NCBI GenBank assembly: GCA_965267575.1
Contig: OZ254086.1
Coordinates: 3,264,001 to 3,328,000 of the forward strand
DNA from: Calditrichales bacterium
GTDB lineage: Bacteria; Calditrichota; Calditrichia; Calditrichales; J004
Direction of reading: 5' to 3'
DNA length: 64,000 bases
Each line of letters opens with the position of its first letter. Positions within the stretch are counted from its first letter, which is position 1. Of this stretch, positions 20,580-30,584 are shown piece after piece. Position numbers and translations under genes: made by a program. The notes under the pieces are model-generated. The model made no database searches. It worked only from the letters and a program-made list of their open reading frames with translations, and had not been told where the DNA came from.

Positions 20580-21620
20580 ATGAATAAAGACAGAATTCCC
20601 GAACAACAGCTTAAGCAGATAAAGAAAGTCCTGGTAATTCAACTTGGACCCATCGGGGATGCGTTGCTCACAACCAGTTATTTTAGGGCGCTGAAAGAAT
20701 ATCTTCCCGGCATCGAGCTGCATTATCTGATTAAGCAGCAATATGTGAAGGCCATCGCCAATCATCCGCTGATCGATAAAATTGTCCCTATTGCAAAAGG
20801 TCGGGGTATGGAATATTACAGGGCGCGCTGGGAGGCCGTGAAACAGATTCGTGCCGAAAAATACGATCTGGTTATTGACCAGCAGAATATGCCCGCATCG
20901 CAGATTATTACGGCTTTGAGCGGTGCGCCGCTGCGTCTGGGCTATGCCGATGCACGATTCAGTTCCGCCTATAATTACAAAGCTCCACGGCGGGAAATCC
21001 GCTATAGCGCACAGCGCAAATTTGATATCGTGATCCCACTGGGTATGAAAGAACAAAAAGCCGATATCTTTTTTTACATAGACGATGCCGCGCATGACTA
21101 TGTTAAGTCCTGGTTGAAAGCCGAGGGCCTGGCCGGAAAGGATTTCGTATGTATGTCGCCTTCCAGCCCCATTCCGCGCAAGAAGTGGAATGCAGGGAAT
21201 TTTGCAAAACTGGCTGACCGAATCGTTGCGGAGCTCGGATTGCCTGTGGTTTTTGTATGGGCGCCTAATGAATTAACGGATGTGGAAGCGGTTCGTGAAC
21301 AGATGAATGAACAATCCATCCTGGCGCCAAAGACAAGTTTGATGGAGGTTGCGGCGCTTTTGAAACGCGGTCGTTTGCTACTTTGTAACGATGGCGGATT
21401 GAACCATCTGGCCGTGGCAACAAAGACGGAGACACTGGCCTTTTTCGGCAATACCGATCCGGCGGACTGGTCACCGGCCTCTGTGTACAGCCACCATCAC
21501 CATTTATATAATCCCCGGCACGATTCATCGGCGGATTTTGATTTTGGTATCTCGCCCAATGAAGCGTTCCGTAAAGTATGTGAGATTTTGAAGGTAAAAG
21601 AACATGCGCCGAAAAATTAG
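20580..21620 (+). CDS. Glycosyltransferase family 9 (LPS heptosyltransferase-like)
   Basis: IGDALL, KKW, NDGGLNHLA. Confidence 0.88.
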   Translation: MNKDRIPEQQLKQIKKVLVIQLGPIGDALLTTSYFRALKEYLPGIELHYLIKQQYVKAIANHPLIDKIVPIAKGRGMEYYRARWEAVKQIRAEKYDLVIDQQNMPASQIITALSGAPLRLGYADARFSSAYNYKAPRREIRYSAQRKFDIVIPLGMKEQKADIFFYIDDAAHDYVKSWLKAEGLAGKDFVCMSPSSPIPRKKWNAGNFAKLADRIVAELGLPVVFVWAPNELTDVEAVREQMNEQSILAPKTSLMEVAALLKRGRLLLCNDGGLNHLAVATKTETLAFFGNTDPADWSPASVYSHHHHLYNPRHDSSADFDFGISPNEAFRKVCEILKVKEHAPKN

Positions 21621-22374
21621 CGCAGCTATCATTACCAAAAACGAAGAACACAATATCAGGCGTTGCCTGGAAGCGGTTAAATGGGTTGATGAAATTGTAA
21701 TCGTTGATTCAGGCTCAACCGATAAGACTCTCGATATTTGTCGCGAGTATGGCTGCAAGATCATCGAAACCGGCTGGCACGGCTTTGGTCCGCAGAAAAA
21801 AATGGCCACGGATGCCTGCAGCCACGATTGGGTACTTTCCGTGGATGCCGATGAAGAGGTGACTCCGGAGCTGGCAGCCGAGATACAATCGCTTTTGGAA
21901 CAGGAAAAGTTGCTGGCAGGATATAGGATTAAGTGGCTAAGCTATTATGTAACTGACTGGATAAGACATTCCGGCTGGAACCGCACTTGGAAAACAAAGC
22001 TGTTCGATCGCACCTGCGGAAATTTTAATGATAGCCTGATACATGAAAAAGTAGTTGTGAAAGGTGAAAAGGCCAATCTTAGAGGGCTTTTGAAGCATCA
22101 CACCTATCCCGACCTTGATACCGTGGCCCGCAAGATCGATGATTACAGTCGGATGGGTGCAGACATGTTGCGCGATAAAGGAAAGCAGTCGGGACTGTTT
22201 AGCGCCTATGCCCATGGCTTTGCCGTTTTTGCTAAAATGTATCTTTTTAATTTCGGATTTTTGGATGGCCGGATAGGTCTTGTGCTGGCGACAAACTACG
22301 CTTTTGCCACCTATTATAAATACCTGCGTTTGTGGGTGGATCAGCGCCAGGTAGCATCCGGCAAAGGCTCCTAA
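21604..22374 (+). CDS. Glycosyltransferase family 2 (LPS core, WaaE/KdtX-like)
   Basis: ITKNEE, DSGSTD, VDADE, IHE, GFLDG. Confidence 0.9.
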   Translation: MRRKISAAIITKNEEHNIRRCLEAVKWVDEIVIVDSGSTDKTLDICREYGCKIIETGWHGFGPQKKMATDACSHDWVLSVDADEEVTPELAAEIQSLLEQEKLLAGYRIKWLSYYVTDWIRHSGWNRTWKTKLFDRTCGNFNDSLIHEKVVVKGEKANLRGLLKHHTYPDLDTVARKIDDYSRMGADMLRDKGKQSGLFSAYAHGFAVFAKMYLFNFGFLDGRIGLVLATNYAFATYYKYLRLWVDQRQVASGKGS

Positions 22375-22380
22375 AGGCTG

Positions 22381-23415
22381 ATGAGTGCGACCAATTATTC
22401 CGGAATTCTGATCATCCAGACAGCCTTTATCGGGGATGTCATACTGATTACACCATTGATCCGGGCGACGCGACAGCTTTTCCCTCAGGCACGCGTGGAC
22501 GCTTTGGTTATTCCGCAAACCGCAGGCGTACTGGCCAACAATCCTCATTTAGACCATATCTACACCTTTGACAAGCGCAGCAACAAGGCGATTGCTTTTT
22601 GGAAAACGGCGCGCCTGTTGCGGCAGCAGCGCTATGATCTTGCCATATCCCCGCATAGCTCGATGACCACAAGCTGGCTGATGCGTGCGGCTAACATTCC
22701 CAACCGGCTTGGTTATGACCGCTGGCGTCAGGCCAAATCGCTGACTATGAAAGTACCGCATAGTGCGAGGGAGCTGAAGGTTGAGAAGAATCTGCACTTG
22801 CTCAGTGCCCTGTCCGATAAGACTTTTGATAAACAGACTGAACTGTTTCCCGGCACCGCGGCCCGGCAAAAAGCCGGGCGGCTGTTGCAAGGATTGAGGC
22901 AAAATGGCCGCAGGCTGGTAGCGCTGGCCCCCGGATCGGTGTGGAACACAAAGCGCTGGCCGGCGGAGCATTATGTGCAACTGGCCCGGGGTCTCGCTCA
23001 GAATAATATCGATATTATCTTTGTCGGGGCGCCGGATGAAAAGGCGCTGTGTGATGAGATTATTGCGCAAAGCGGCATTAAGGCAGCAAATCTCGCCGGA
23101 CAAACCAACTTGATGGAATCCGCCGCTGTCGCTGCCCGCTGCGACCTGATGATCTGCAACGACAGCGGGGCGCTGCACATAGCCAATGCCATGAAAACCG
23201 ATGTTTTTGCCTTCTTCGGCCCGACGGTGAAAAAGCTGGGCTATTATCCCTTCCGCGAGAATGACCATGTGTTCGAGATATCCGGGTTGGAATGCCGGCC
23301 CTGCGGCAGTCACGGTCATGATAAATGCCCGCTGGGTCATTTCCGCTGTATGCTGGACCTGAAACCAGAACCTGTGTTAAAGGTGGCACTTAAACACCTG
23401 GAGAAACAAAGCTGA
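22381..23415 (+). CDS. LPS heptosyltransferase (WaaF-like, GT9)
   Basis: IGDVIL, APGSVWNTKRW, NDSGALHIA, C-terminal CRPC..C..C. Confidence 0.88.
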   Translation: MSATNYSGILIIQTAFIGDVILITPLIRATRQLFPQARVDALVIPQTAGVLANNPHLDHIYTFDKRSNKAIAFWKTARLLRQQRYDLAISPHSSMTTSWLMRAANIPNRLGYDRWRQAKSLTMKVPHSARELKVEKNLHLLSALSDKTFDKQTELFPGTAARQKAGRLLQGLRQNGRRLVALAPGSVWNTKRWPAEHYVQLARGLAQNNIDIIFVGAPDEKALCDEIIAQSGIKAANLAGQTNLMESAAVAARCDLMICNDSGALHIANAMKTDVFAFFGPTVKKLGYYPFRENDHVFEISGLECRPCGSHGHDKCPLGHFRCMLDLKPEPVLKVALKHLEKQS

Positions 23416-24467
23416 TGGTCTTGTCTTCTGTTTTTACGGCGATTCCTTATAAGCTGGCCTGGCAGGCGGTGCGTTTCTTTGGCCGGCAACATTCCGCCAT
23501 GGTTTACATTGCTGAACCAATGGACTGGATAATCTGGCGCCAGATTCAAAAACACATCCGGCAAACCGTAGCGGTGGCAGCCCGGCCAGCAGCACAATCT
23601 TACCTGCGCAGCAAGGGGATTGCGTACCACAAGCTGCCGGTTTTCCCGGAAAGTGTTATTATGTTTCGCCACGCAACGCACCGTTTCCCGGAAAAGCGAA
23701 TCGTAAAAATAGGGATGAACCACGGTGCTTACCGTTTTAAGCGTTTTACAAAAACCAAAAATTATCTGGCTTTTGATGTCTACATGCTGAACAGCAGCAA
23801 AGAAGCATCTATGGCTCGGGAACGGGGCATTGGCAATACCGTGGTGACAGGCTCGCCAAAGATGGACCCGCTCTTTGATGGAACAATCTCTGGTGACTAT
23901 TTGGCTAAGCTTGGAGAGCGGCTGGGCCTTAATCCGGACAAAAAAACCGTAATGTTTAGCGCTACCTGGGACAAGTCCGGTTTATCCGCGGTCGATAAAT
24001 GGTCGGGAAAGCTTTCTGCTCTCTGCACGCAGCATAATGTACTGGTGACGCTTCACCCATGGGTTTCAAAACAACATTTCGAAAGCATTCGCCAAACGTC
24101 CGGCGTAAAGCTGATCGACGATCCCGATCTTATTCCGTATATGGCATTATCTGATGTGCTGGTTGGAGATACCAGTTCTGTTATCGGGGAATTTTGCGCC
24201 CTGAACAAACCTATTATTACCTTTAAGGTTGATGTCACGGAACGTCTTAATAAAGAAATCCCCGGCATTTTAGAAGAAATAAGCTGGCGTGTCGACACAT
24301 TTGAACAACTGGAGAAGGCGTTACCGCATGCGCTGGCCGAGCCGCAAAAACACGATATGGCGCGCGAGAATACGGCCCGGATGATGTTTGATGATTTGGA
24401 TGGAAAGGCCGGTCGCCGTGCGGCACAGGTCATCTGTGAAAAAATAGCCACCCTGGGGCTGTCGTAA
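23415..24467 (+). CDS. CDP-glycerol glycerophosphotransferase-family protein
   Basis: HG, GSPKMD, ATW, LHP, DTSSV..EF..LNKP, DGKAG motifs. Confidence 0.75.
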   Translation: MVLSSVFTAIPYKLAWQAVRFFGRQHSAMVYIAEPMDWIIWRQIQKHIRQTVAVAARPAAQSYLRSKGIAYHKLPVFPESVIMFRHATHRFPEKRIVKIGMNHGAYRFKRFTKTKNYLAFDVYMLNSSKEASMARERGIGNTVVTGSPKMDPLFDGTISGDYLAKLGERLGLNPDKKTVMFSATWDKSGLSAVDKWSGKLSALCTQHNVLVTLHPWVSKQHFESIRQTSGVKLIDDPDLIPYMALSDVLVGDTSSVIGEFCALNKPIITFKVDVTERLNKEIPGILEEISWRVDTFEQLEKALPHALAEPQKHDMARENTARMMFDDLDGKAGRRAAQVICEKIATLGLS

Positions 24468-24517
24468 TTCAGCCGCTGTTGACTTATATTGCACGCTCGA
24501 AAATCAATGGATTATAA

Positions 24518-26368
24518 ATGAAATTATATTTGCAGGTTCTCGCACTTATACGCCCCTACTGGCGCCACGTAATTTTGGTGATTGGCCTGACTCTTTTGTA
24601 TGTCCTTTTTAACAACCTGTCGCTTTGGGTTTCGGTGGATTTTGTACGCGAGCTTTTTACAGAAGGCAGCGGCAGTTCGGCAGTGGGCCAGGTAACCGAG
24701 ATCAGCGGCGCGAAAGATATCTACGGCAAAATAAACGCCGCTATCAAATCGTATATCATCCAGGACAACAAATTTGATACTTTGCTGGTTGTATGTTTTG
24801 TCATATTTCTCGCTTTCCTGCTAAAAAATATTACCCAGTTTTCGCGCCGCGTGCTGCTTACTTTTGTGGAACTTAATATTGTGGTAAACTTGCGCAACGC
24901 TCTGCACAAAAAACTTATGCACCTGCCCCTGGGCTATTTTTCGCGCCGGCACAGCGGTGATCTGACCTCGGTCGTATTTAACGATGTTAACGCCATAAAC
25001 TCTGTTTTGCACAACAGCTTCGGCAATCTCATTCTCGCGCCCATTCAAATTGTCACAAATATTGTGATTCTCTTTTTGATAAGTGTAAAACTGGCGCTGA
25101 TTACATTGACGATCGTGCCTGTAAGCGCCATTCTGATTACGAAAATAGGCCAAAGCATGCGCCGTAAAAGCCGCCGTGTGTTTAAGCAGATTGCCAATGT
25201 GGTATCATCGTTCCAGGAAACTGTATCCGCCATCCGCATTGTTAAGGCCTTTACCAGCGAAGATCGTGAAGAAAATAAATTTCGCGACGCCAACCGCGAT
25301 TATTTCAAAAAATACTTTAAAGCGCAGCGCCTGAACCATGCCACATCTCCGATCAACGAAACGTTTTTCGTAACGATCCTGGTGCTCCTGTTGTGGTACG
25401 GCGGAAGCCTGGTCTACAACAATCAGGGTTTGAATGCTGAAGATTTTCTGCGATTCCTCCTGTTCCTGTTTATGATTTTTGAACCATTAAAACAGCTTTC
25501 CGGTATCAACAACTCATTGCAGAACGGTCTTGCTGCCGCCGAACGTATTTTTGATGTATTGGACATGGAAAGCGAACCGTATAAAAAGGACGGCGGTAAA
25601 ACGATCACGCAATTCAAAGAGAATATCGCTTTTGAAAATGTCTCCTTCCGCTATGGCGCGGAGGAAGATGAAGTGTTGAAAAATATTAATCTTGAGATAA
25701 AAAAAGGCGAGATGGTAGCTTTTGTGGGGCACAGCGGTTCGGGAAAAAGTACTCTGCTTAACCTAATACCCCGGTTTTATGAAGCCGGTACGGGCCGTAT
25801 CCTGATTGACGGAAATGACATCGCGGAATATAAACTGATAGATCTGCGCAATATTATGGGCATCGTAACGCAGGACACCATTCTTTTTAATGATACCATT
25901 GGTAAAAACATTGCTTATGGCATGGACGAGGTAAGTGAAACCGAAATTATTGAAGCTGCTAAAATAGCTAATGCCTGGGAGTTTATAGATAAGCTGCCGG
26001 ATAAGCTGGACAGCCAGATCGGTGAAAAAGGCACACGCCTGTCGGGCGGTCAGAAGCAACGTTTAAGCATTGCCCGCGCCGTGCTTAAAAACCCGGATAT
26101 TCTGATACTGGATGAGGCGACGTCTGCGCTGGATTCCGAATCGGAGAAACTCGTTCAGGAAGCAATAGACAAACTGCTCGAGAGCCGCACCGTTCTGGTG
26201 ATCGCCCATAGGCTTTCAACCATAACCAATGCCAATAAGATCGTTGTTATGAATAATGGCATTGTCGAAGATATGGGCACGCATAATCAGTTGCTGGAGC
26301 GCAGTCCAACGTACCAGAACCTGACGCAAAACCAGTTTATTGAAGCCCGGCAGACATTATCACCTTGA
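24518..26368 (+). CDS. MsbA-like ABC exporter (permease plus ATPase)
   Basis: TM domain, GHSGSGKS, LSGGQKQR, LDEATSALD, IAHRLST; lies in the LPS cluster. Confidence 0.9.
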   Translation: MKLYLQVLALIRPYWRHVILVIGLTLLYVLFNNLSLWVSVDFVRELFTEGSGSSAVGQVTEISGAKDIYGKINAAIKSYIIQDNKFDTLLVVCFVIFLAFLLKNITQFSRRVLLTFVELNIVVNLRNALHKKLMHLPLGYFSRRHSGDLTSVVFNDVNAINSVLHNSFGNLILAPIQIVTNIVILFLISVKLALITLTIVPVSAILITKIGQSMRRKSRRVFKQIANVVSSFQETVSAIRIVKAFTSEDREENKFRDANRDYFKKYFKAQRLNHATSPINETFFVTILVLLLWYGGSLVYNNQGLNAEDFLRFLLFLFMIFEPLKQLSGINNSLQNGLAAAERIFDVLDMESEPYKKDGGKTITQFKENIAFENVSFRYGAEEDEVLKNINLEIKKGEMVAFVGHSGSGKSTLLNLIPRFYEAGTGRILIDGNDIAEYKLIDLRNIMGIVTQDTILFNDTIGKNIAYGMDEVSETEIIEAAKIANAWEFIDKLPDKLDSQIGEKGTRLSGGQKQRLSIARAVLKNPDILILDEATSALDSESEKLVQEAIDKLLESRTVLVIAHRLSTITNANKIVVMNNGIVEDMGTHNQLLERSPTYQNLTQNQFIEARQTLSP

Positions 26369-26423
26369 AAATTATGCCTGAATTGCGTTGTTTTGGAAAA
26401 AGGAAAACTGTAAAGAGAGTAAA

Positions 26424-27290
26424 ATGAAGATTCTTTTGATGCTGCCGCTTGTAATGTTGTTTTTTAATACACCACAACCGCGTGCTGTAAATGATGATAC
26501 GGCCGCTGATACGACGTCGCTGGAGGTTGCCCGCCAGGCTGTTGAGCTAAAACCAATTACGCAGGGCGCCTTTAAAGATGGTGAAGAGCTTTCTTTTAAA
26601 ATCCGCTACGGGTTTATAAAGGCCGGCACGGCCAAGATGAAAGTTTTTGAAAAAAACGGTGAAGATGGCAAGCGTCTCTACCATTTGCAGACAACCGCCC
26701 GCAGCCTGAAAGCTTTCGATTGGATATATAAAGTGGAAGACGTGGTCAACTCTTTTGTTGACTACACCTATTTTTACCCGGTTCGCTTTGAGAAGAAGCT
26801 TCGTGAAGGCGGCTATAAGGCCGATCTTTTTACGGATTATGTACACGACGATTCTTTGGCCGTTGTGGAATTCATCCGCTACCACGATGATATGAAAGTA
26901 AGAAAGCGCCAAAAATATGATGTAAAAATACCTCCTTATGTGCAGGACATTCTATCTTCCTTGTATTATGTGCGCACACAGGAGCTCGAGGTTGGCCGGC
27001 CGGTTTATATCACCAACCACGAAAAGAAAAAGATCTATGACATGGAAGTGCTTGTGCATCGTCGCGAGATCATTGAAGTTGAAGCCGGCAAATTCATGTG
27101 CATTGTTGTTGAACCTGTCGTCCGCGGTGAAGGACTGTTCAAAAAAGAGGGCAGTTTGCAGGTATGGCTAACTGACGACGACAGAAAAATCCCCGTCCAG
27201 ATGCAAAGCGAAATAGTGGTTGGGCATATTACTTCCGAACTGGTCGAAATTCGCGGAGTCGATGGTCGTATTTCTGCAAAAATAAAATAG
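26424..27290 (+). CDS. DUF3108 exported protein
   Basis: Signal peptide, GEELSF..YG..AG, QDILS..YY.R, V.AG.F, W..DD...IPV. Confidence 0.8.
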   Translation: MKILLMLPLVMLFFNTPQPRAVNDDTAADTTSLEVARQAVELKPITQGAFKDGEELSFKIRYGFIKAGTAKMKVFEKNGEDGKRLYHLQTTARSLKAFDWIYKVEDVVNSFVDYTYFYPVRFEKKLREGGYKADLFTDYVHDDSLAVVEFIRYHDDMKVRKRQKYDVKIPPYVQDILSSLYYVRTQELEVGRPVYITNHEKKKIYDMEVLVHRREIIEVEAGKFMCIVVEPVVRGEGLFKKEGSLQVWLTDDDRKIPVQMQSEIVVGHITSELVEIRGVDGRISAKIK

Positions 27291-27393
27291 ACCTGCTTAT
27301 TTGCCATACGGACCTGCCATTTATTCTGTCAATTCTTCACATATCCTTTGATAAAGCTGCATATTCCTGTTTGGTATATGATTTGCACTTTAA

Positions 27394-27900
27394 ATGCATT
27401 CCAAAATCAGTCTGGAAAGTAGCACCATGTTCACAAAGAATATTACTCTGCAACAGGCCATAAACGGGACGCAGTTCACGATTTTTAGTGAAGGCCATTT
27501 CCTGAAAGTAAAAATACCGGCCTTTACACGCGACGGACAGGTTATGCGTCTCAAAAAAAGCAGCGTATTGGACGAGGAGTTGTTTATTCAAATCCGTATT
27601 CTGGATAACCCCCGTTTTTGTATAGATGAAGCTGACATCCGGGGTACGCTAATCGTTGATACTGTGGATGCTTTGCGTGGCACACAACTAATGTACGAGG
27701 GTCCGGCAGGCAGGACGCTGCCCGTAACGGTGTCCGCCGGCGCGCGGGACGGTGACGAACTGCGTATCGCCAATGAAGGATTCGTGAAAGATGGAAAACG
27801 AGGAGACCTGATATTGGCTCTGCGCACCAGCGTTCCTGAAGAAATCCTGACAGCCCGCAACGAAATGCGCACCAGGGGACATGGCTTCCTGTTAAATTGA
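27394..27900 (+). CDS. DnaJ C-terminal-domain-only protein (start 27394 or 27427)
   Basis: ITLQQAING, VKIP..RDGQVMRLK, G..LRIANEG..RGDL; no HPD J-domain. Confidence 0.65.
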   Translation: MHSKISLESSTMFTKNITLQQAINGTQFTIFSEGHFLKVKIPAFTRDGQVMRLKKSSVLDEELFIQIRILDNPRFCIDEADIRGTLIVDTVDALRGTQLMYEGPAGRTLPVTVSAGARDGDELRIANEGFVKDGKRGDLILALRTSVPEEILTARNEMRTRGHGFLLN

Positions 27901-27991
27901 GAACGAATTTTTGTTGGCTTAAGGATTAAATTTTGATTTCCGGATGTTAGCGATAGTGCTTTAATAAACTCACAAAAAGAAGGAGATAGAA

Positions 27992-28609
27992 ATGACACAC
28001 CAACTACCTGATCTACCTTATTCATTTGATGCTTTGGAGCCGCATATCGATGCCAAGACCATGCAAATTCACCATGGCAAGCATCACGCCGGCTACGTGA
28101 GCAAGTTGAATGATGCCATTGAAGGGCATAGTGACCTGAAAGAAAAGTCACTGGAAGATCTGATCTCATCCATTTCAAAACTGCCTTCATCTGTCCAGAC
28201 GGCCGTTCGCAACAATGGTGGCGGTCACTTTAACCACACCTTGTTCTGGCAGATTATGTCGCCCAAAGGCGGCAATCCGTCGGGTGAACTGGCAGAAGCC
28301 ATCAATAAGAAATTTGGCTCGCTGGATGCGTTTAAGGAAAAGTTTTCTGCAGCCGCTGCCGGCCGCTTTGGGTCCGGTTGGGCCTGGCTGGTTGTAAATA
28401 ATGGCCAGCTTGATATCGTTTCGACCCCAAACCAGGATAATCCTTTGATGGATGTGGCCGAAGCAAGCGGAACACCAATTCTGGGACTTGATGTTTGGGA
28501 ACACGCTTACTACCTGAACTATCAGAACCGTCGCCCGGATTATATTAAAGCTTTCTTTAATATTGTCAACTGGGATGCCGTAGCCCAGAATTACAGAAAA
28601 GCTTTATAA
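27992..28609 (+). CDS. sodA: Superoxide dismutase, Mn-type signature
   Basis: [25 protein letters not shown]. Confidence 0.93.
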   Translation: MTHQLPDLPYSFDALEPHIDAKTMQIHHGKHHAGYVSKLNDAIEGHSDLKEKSLEDLISSISKLPSSVQTAVRNNGGGHFNHTLFWQIMSPKGGNPSGELAEAINKKFGSLDAFKEKFSAAAAGRFGSGWAWLVVNNGQLDIVSTPNQDNPLMDVAEASGTPILGLDVWEHAYYLNYQNRRPDYIKAFFNIVNWDAVAQNYRKAL

Positions 28610-28623
28610 AGAAATGAACTTAC

Positions 28624-28649
28624 AGGCCTCCATTACGGGGGCCTTTTTT
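28624..28649 (+). terminator. Rho-independent terminator after sod
   Basis: AGGCCTCC-ATTAC-GGGGGCCT then a T run. Confidence 0.8.
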
Positions 28650-28733
28650 ATTTGTAAAAACGGCAGGTACTTTTTGCAGCCTGGATGCTTTTTTTTGCGC
28701 ATTCCGTCAAGTGTTTAAATGCCGTGCTATTAT

Positions 28734-28762
28734 TTGCAAAAACAGTTGTAGCTCCTTATATT
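28734..28762 (+). promoter_or_regulatory. Sigma70-type promoter of the rimP operon
   Basis: TTGCAA-17 nt-TATATT. Confidence 0.7.
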
Positions 28763-28774
28763 TTCCAACTGCGC

Positions 28775-28800
28775 AAAGTGGGTCTAAGCCCACTTTTTTT
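28775..28800 (+). promoter_or_regulatory. rimP leader terminator-like hairpin
   Basis: AAAGTGGGT-CTAA-GCCCACTTTTTTT just upstream of rimP; matches the GUGGG/CCCAC rimP-leader motif. Confidence 0.75.
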
Positions 28801-28819
28801 ATTATATGGAGTTGTATTA

Positions 28820-29275
28820 ATGTCAACAGCATTAGAAGCTGTTCGTGAAATTGCCGAAACGATGTGCCGCAGTATGGATTTGTTTCTTGTTGATGTGGAA
28901 ATACGCGGTCATCAGAGAAATCCGCTGTTTGTGATATACGCGGACAATGAAGAGGGTATTACCCTGGACCAGTGTGAAGAGTTGTCACGTTTGATCCAGG
29001 GAGAGATTGACGTTCGTGCGATTGCCCCCGCCGGGTACAGGCTGGATGTTTCATCACCCGGTGTGGACAGGCCTCTTACCGAGGATTATCAATTCCGCAG
29101 AAACATAGGCAGGGAACTGAAAGTCTCATATAGGGACGGAGACAGTGTGCTCAATGCGGAAGGCAGGCTCGACGCATTTGACGATAAGACATTATTTATA
29201 ACGCCCCCGAAAGGCGATCAAAAAGAAATTGACCGCGGTGCCATAATTCAGGCAAAAGTGAAATTGCAATGGTAG
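28820..29275 (+). CDS. rimP: Ribosome maturation factor RimP
   Basis: GITLDQC, LDVSSPGVDRPL; position before nusA; GGAG RBS. Confidence 0.93.
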   Translation: MSTALEAVREIAETMCRSMDLFLVDVEIRGHQRNPLFVIYADNEEGITLDQCEELSRLIQGEIDVRAIAPAGYRLDVSSPGVDRPLTEDYQFRRNIGRELKVSYRDGDSVLNAEGRLDAFDDKTLFITPPKGDQKEIDRGAIIQAKVKLQW

Positions 29276-29295
29276 TGTAGGAGGAATCAGGCCGC

Positions 29296-30564
29296 ATGAA
29301 TACCGAAATAATGGAAGCTATCACGCAGATAGCCAAAGACAAAAAGATCGAAAAAGAGATTCTGCGTGATATGCTTGAAAACATCTTTATCACAATGATA
29401 CAGAAGAAATTTGGCACGTCCGAAAATTTCGATGTTATCGTCAATATTGATAAAGGTGATATTGAAATCTATCAGGAGAAAACGGTTGTTGAGAATGTTG
29501 AGGATCCGGTAAGTGAGATCAACCTGGAAGACGCACAGAAGATTGATGAAGATGCCGAGATCGGTGAAGAGATTGTTGAGGTAATTGATCCGATTTTGTT
29601 TGGACGGCGTTTAATTGTTTCGGCAAAACAGAATCTGAACCAAAAGATCCGCGACTTTGAAAGAGAAAACCTTCTGGAGGAATATAAAAACCGTCTGGGT
29701 GAAATCATTATTGGCGATATTCACCAGATCCACAAGCGGGGCATGTTTATCAATATTGATAAAACGGAAGTATTTTTGCCGCGCGAGGAACAAATCTATA
29801 ATGAACGTTTGCGTCGTGGTAATACCATTCGCGCGTTGATCAAGGAAGTGCGCAATCAGGGGCGCGGCCCGGAAATTATTGTAAGCCGTGCCGACAAGGA
29901 GTTTCTGATCCGGCTGTTTGAACTGGAAGTACCGGAGATTTATGACGGTATTGTTGAAATAAAGAAGGTAGCACGCGAAGCCGGTGACCGCTCCAAGATC
30001 GCTGTCGAATCCATAGATCGCCGTATTGATGCGGTGGGTGCCTGCGTGGGCATGAAGGGTGTTCGAATCCAGGCGATAGTACGCGAACTGAATAATGAAA
30101 AAATCGATATTATTAACTTCTCTTCGGAGCCCGAAATATTTATCATGCGCGCTCTGACGCCGGCCAAGCCGGTCAAAATAATCGTTAACCGTGAGGAGCG
30201 TATAGCTGTAGCGGTTGTCCCGGATGACCAGATGTCTATGGCTATCGGTAAAGGCGGACAGAACCTGCGTCTTGCTTCGGATGTTACCGGATTCCAGATC
30301 GAACCGATCAAAGAGTCCGAATACAATCAGGAAAGCAAAGCGGATTCTGTCTACGCGAGTGAGTTAAGTTTGGATGAAATAGAAGAAATAACCGATTCGA
30401 TCAGGAAGAAGCTGCTGGCCGCCGATGTCACTGAGGTGGATGAAGTTTTGGAGATGGGGCTTGATGGCTTGCAAAAGATAGATGGAATTGGCCCCAAAAG
30501 CGCTGAAAAGATATGGGAAGCCGTTCAGAACTATTTGCCTGAGAGCGAAGAAGAGGAAGATTAA
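29296..30564 (+). CDS. nusA: Transcription factor NusA
   Basis: FELEVPEI, AREAGDRSK, GACVG, AIGKGGQN; C-terminal HhH. Confidence 0.97.
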   Translation: MNTEIMEAITQIAKDKKIEKEILRDMLENIFITMIQKKFGTSENFDVIVNIDKGDIEIYQEKTVVENVEDPVSEINLEDAQKIDEDAEIGEEIVEVIDPILFGRRLIVSAKQNLNQKIRDFERENLLEEYKNRLGEIIIGDIHQIHKRGMFINIDKTEVFLPREEQIYNERLRRGNTIRALIKEVRNQGRGPEIIVSRADKEFLIRLFELEVPEIYDGIVEIKKVAREAGDRSKIAVESIDRRIDAVGACVGMKGVRIQAIVRELNNEKIDIINFSSEPEIFIMRALTPAKPVKIIVNREERIAVAVVPDDQMSMAIGKGGQNLRLASDVTGFQIEPIKESEYNQESKADSVYASELSLDEIEEITDSIRKKLLAADVTEVDEVLEMGLDGLQKIDGIGPKSAEKIWEAVQNYLPESEEEED

Positions 30565-30584
30565 GCGCATAAAACGGAGTAGTA

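Noticed and set aside
28685..28819. N-terminal extension of RimP in the ORF track
   Set aside because: This region contains the promoter and leader hairpin; the RBS supports ATG 28820
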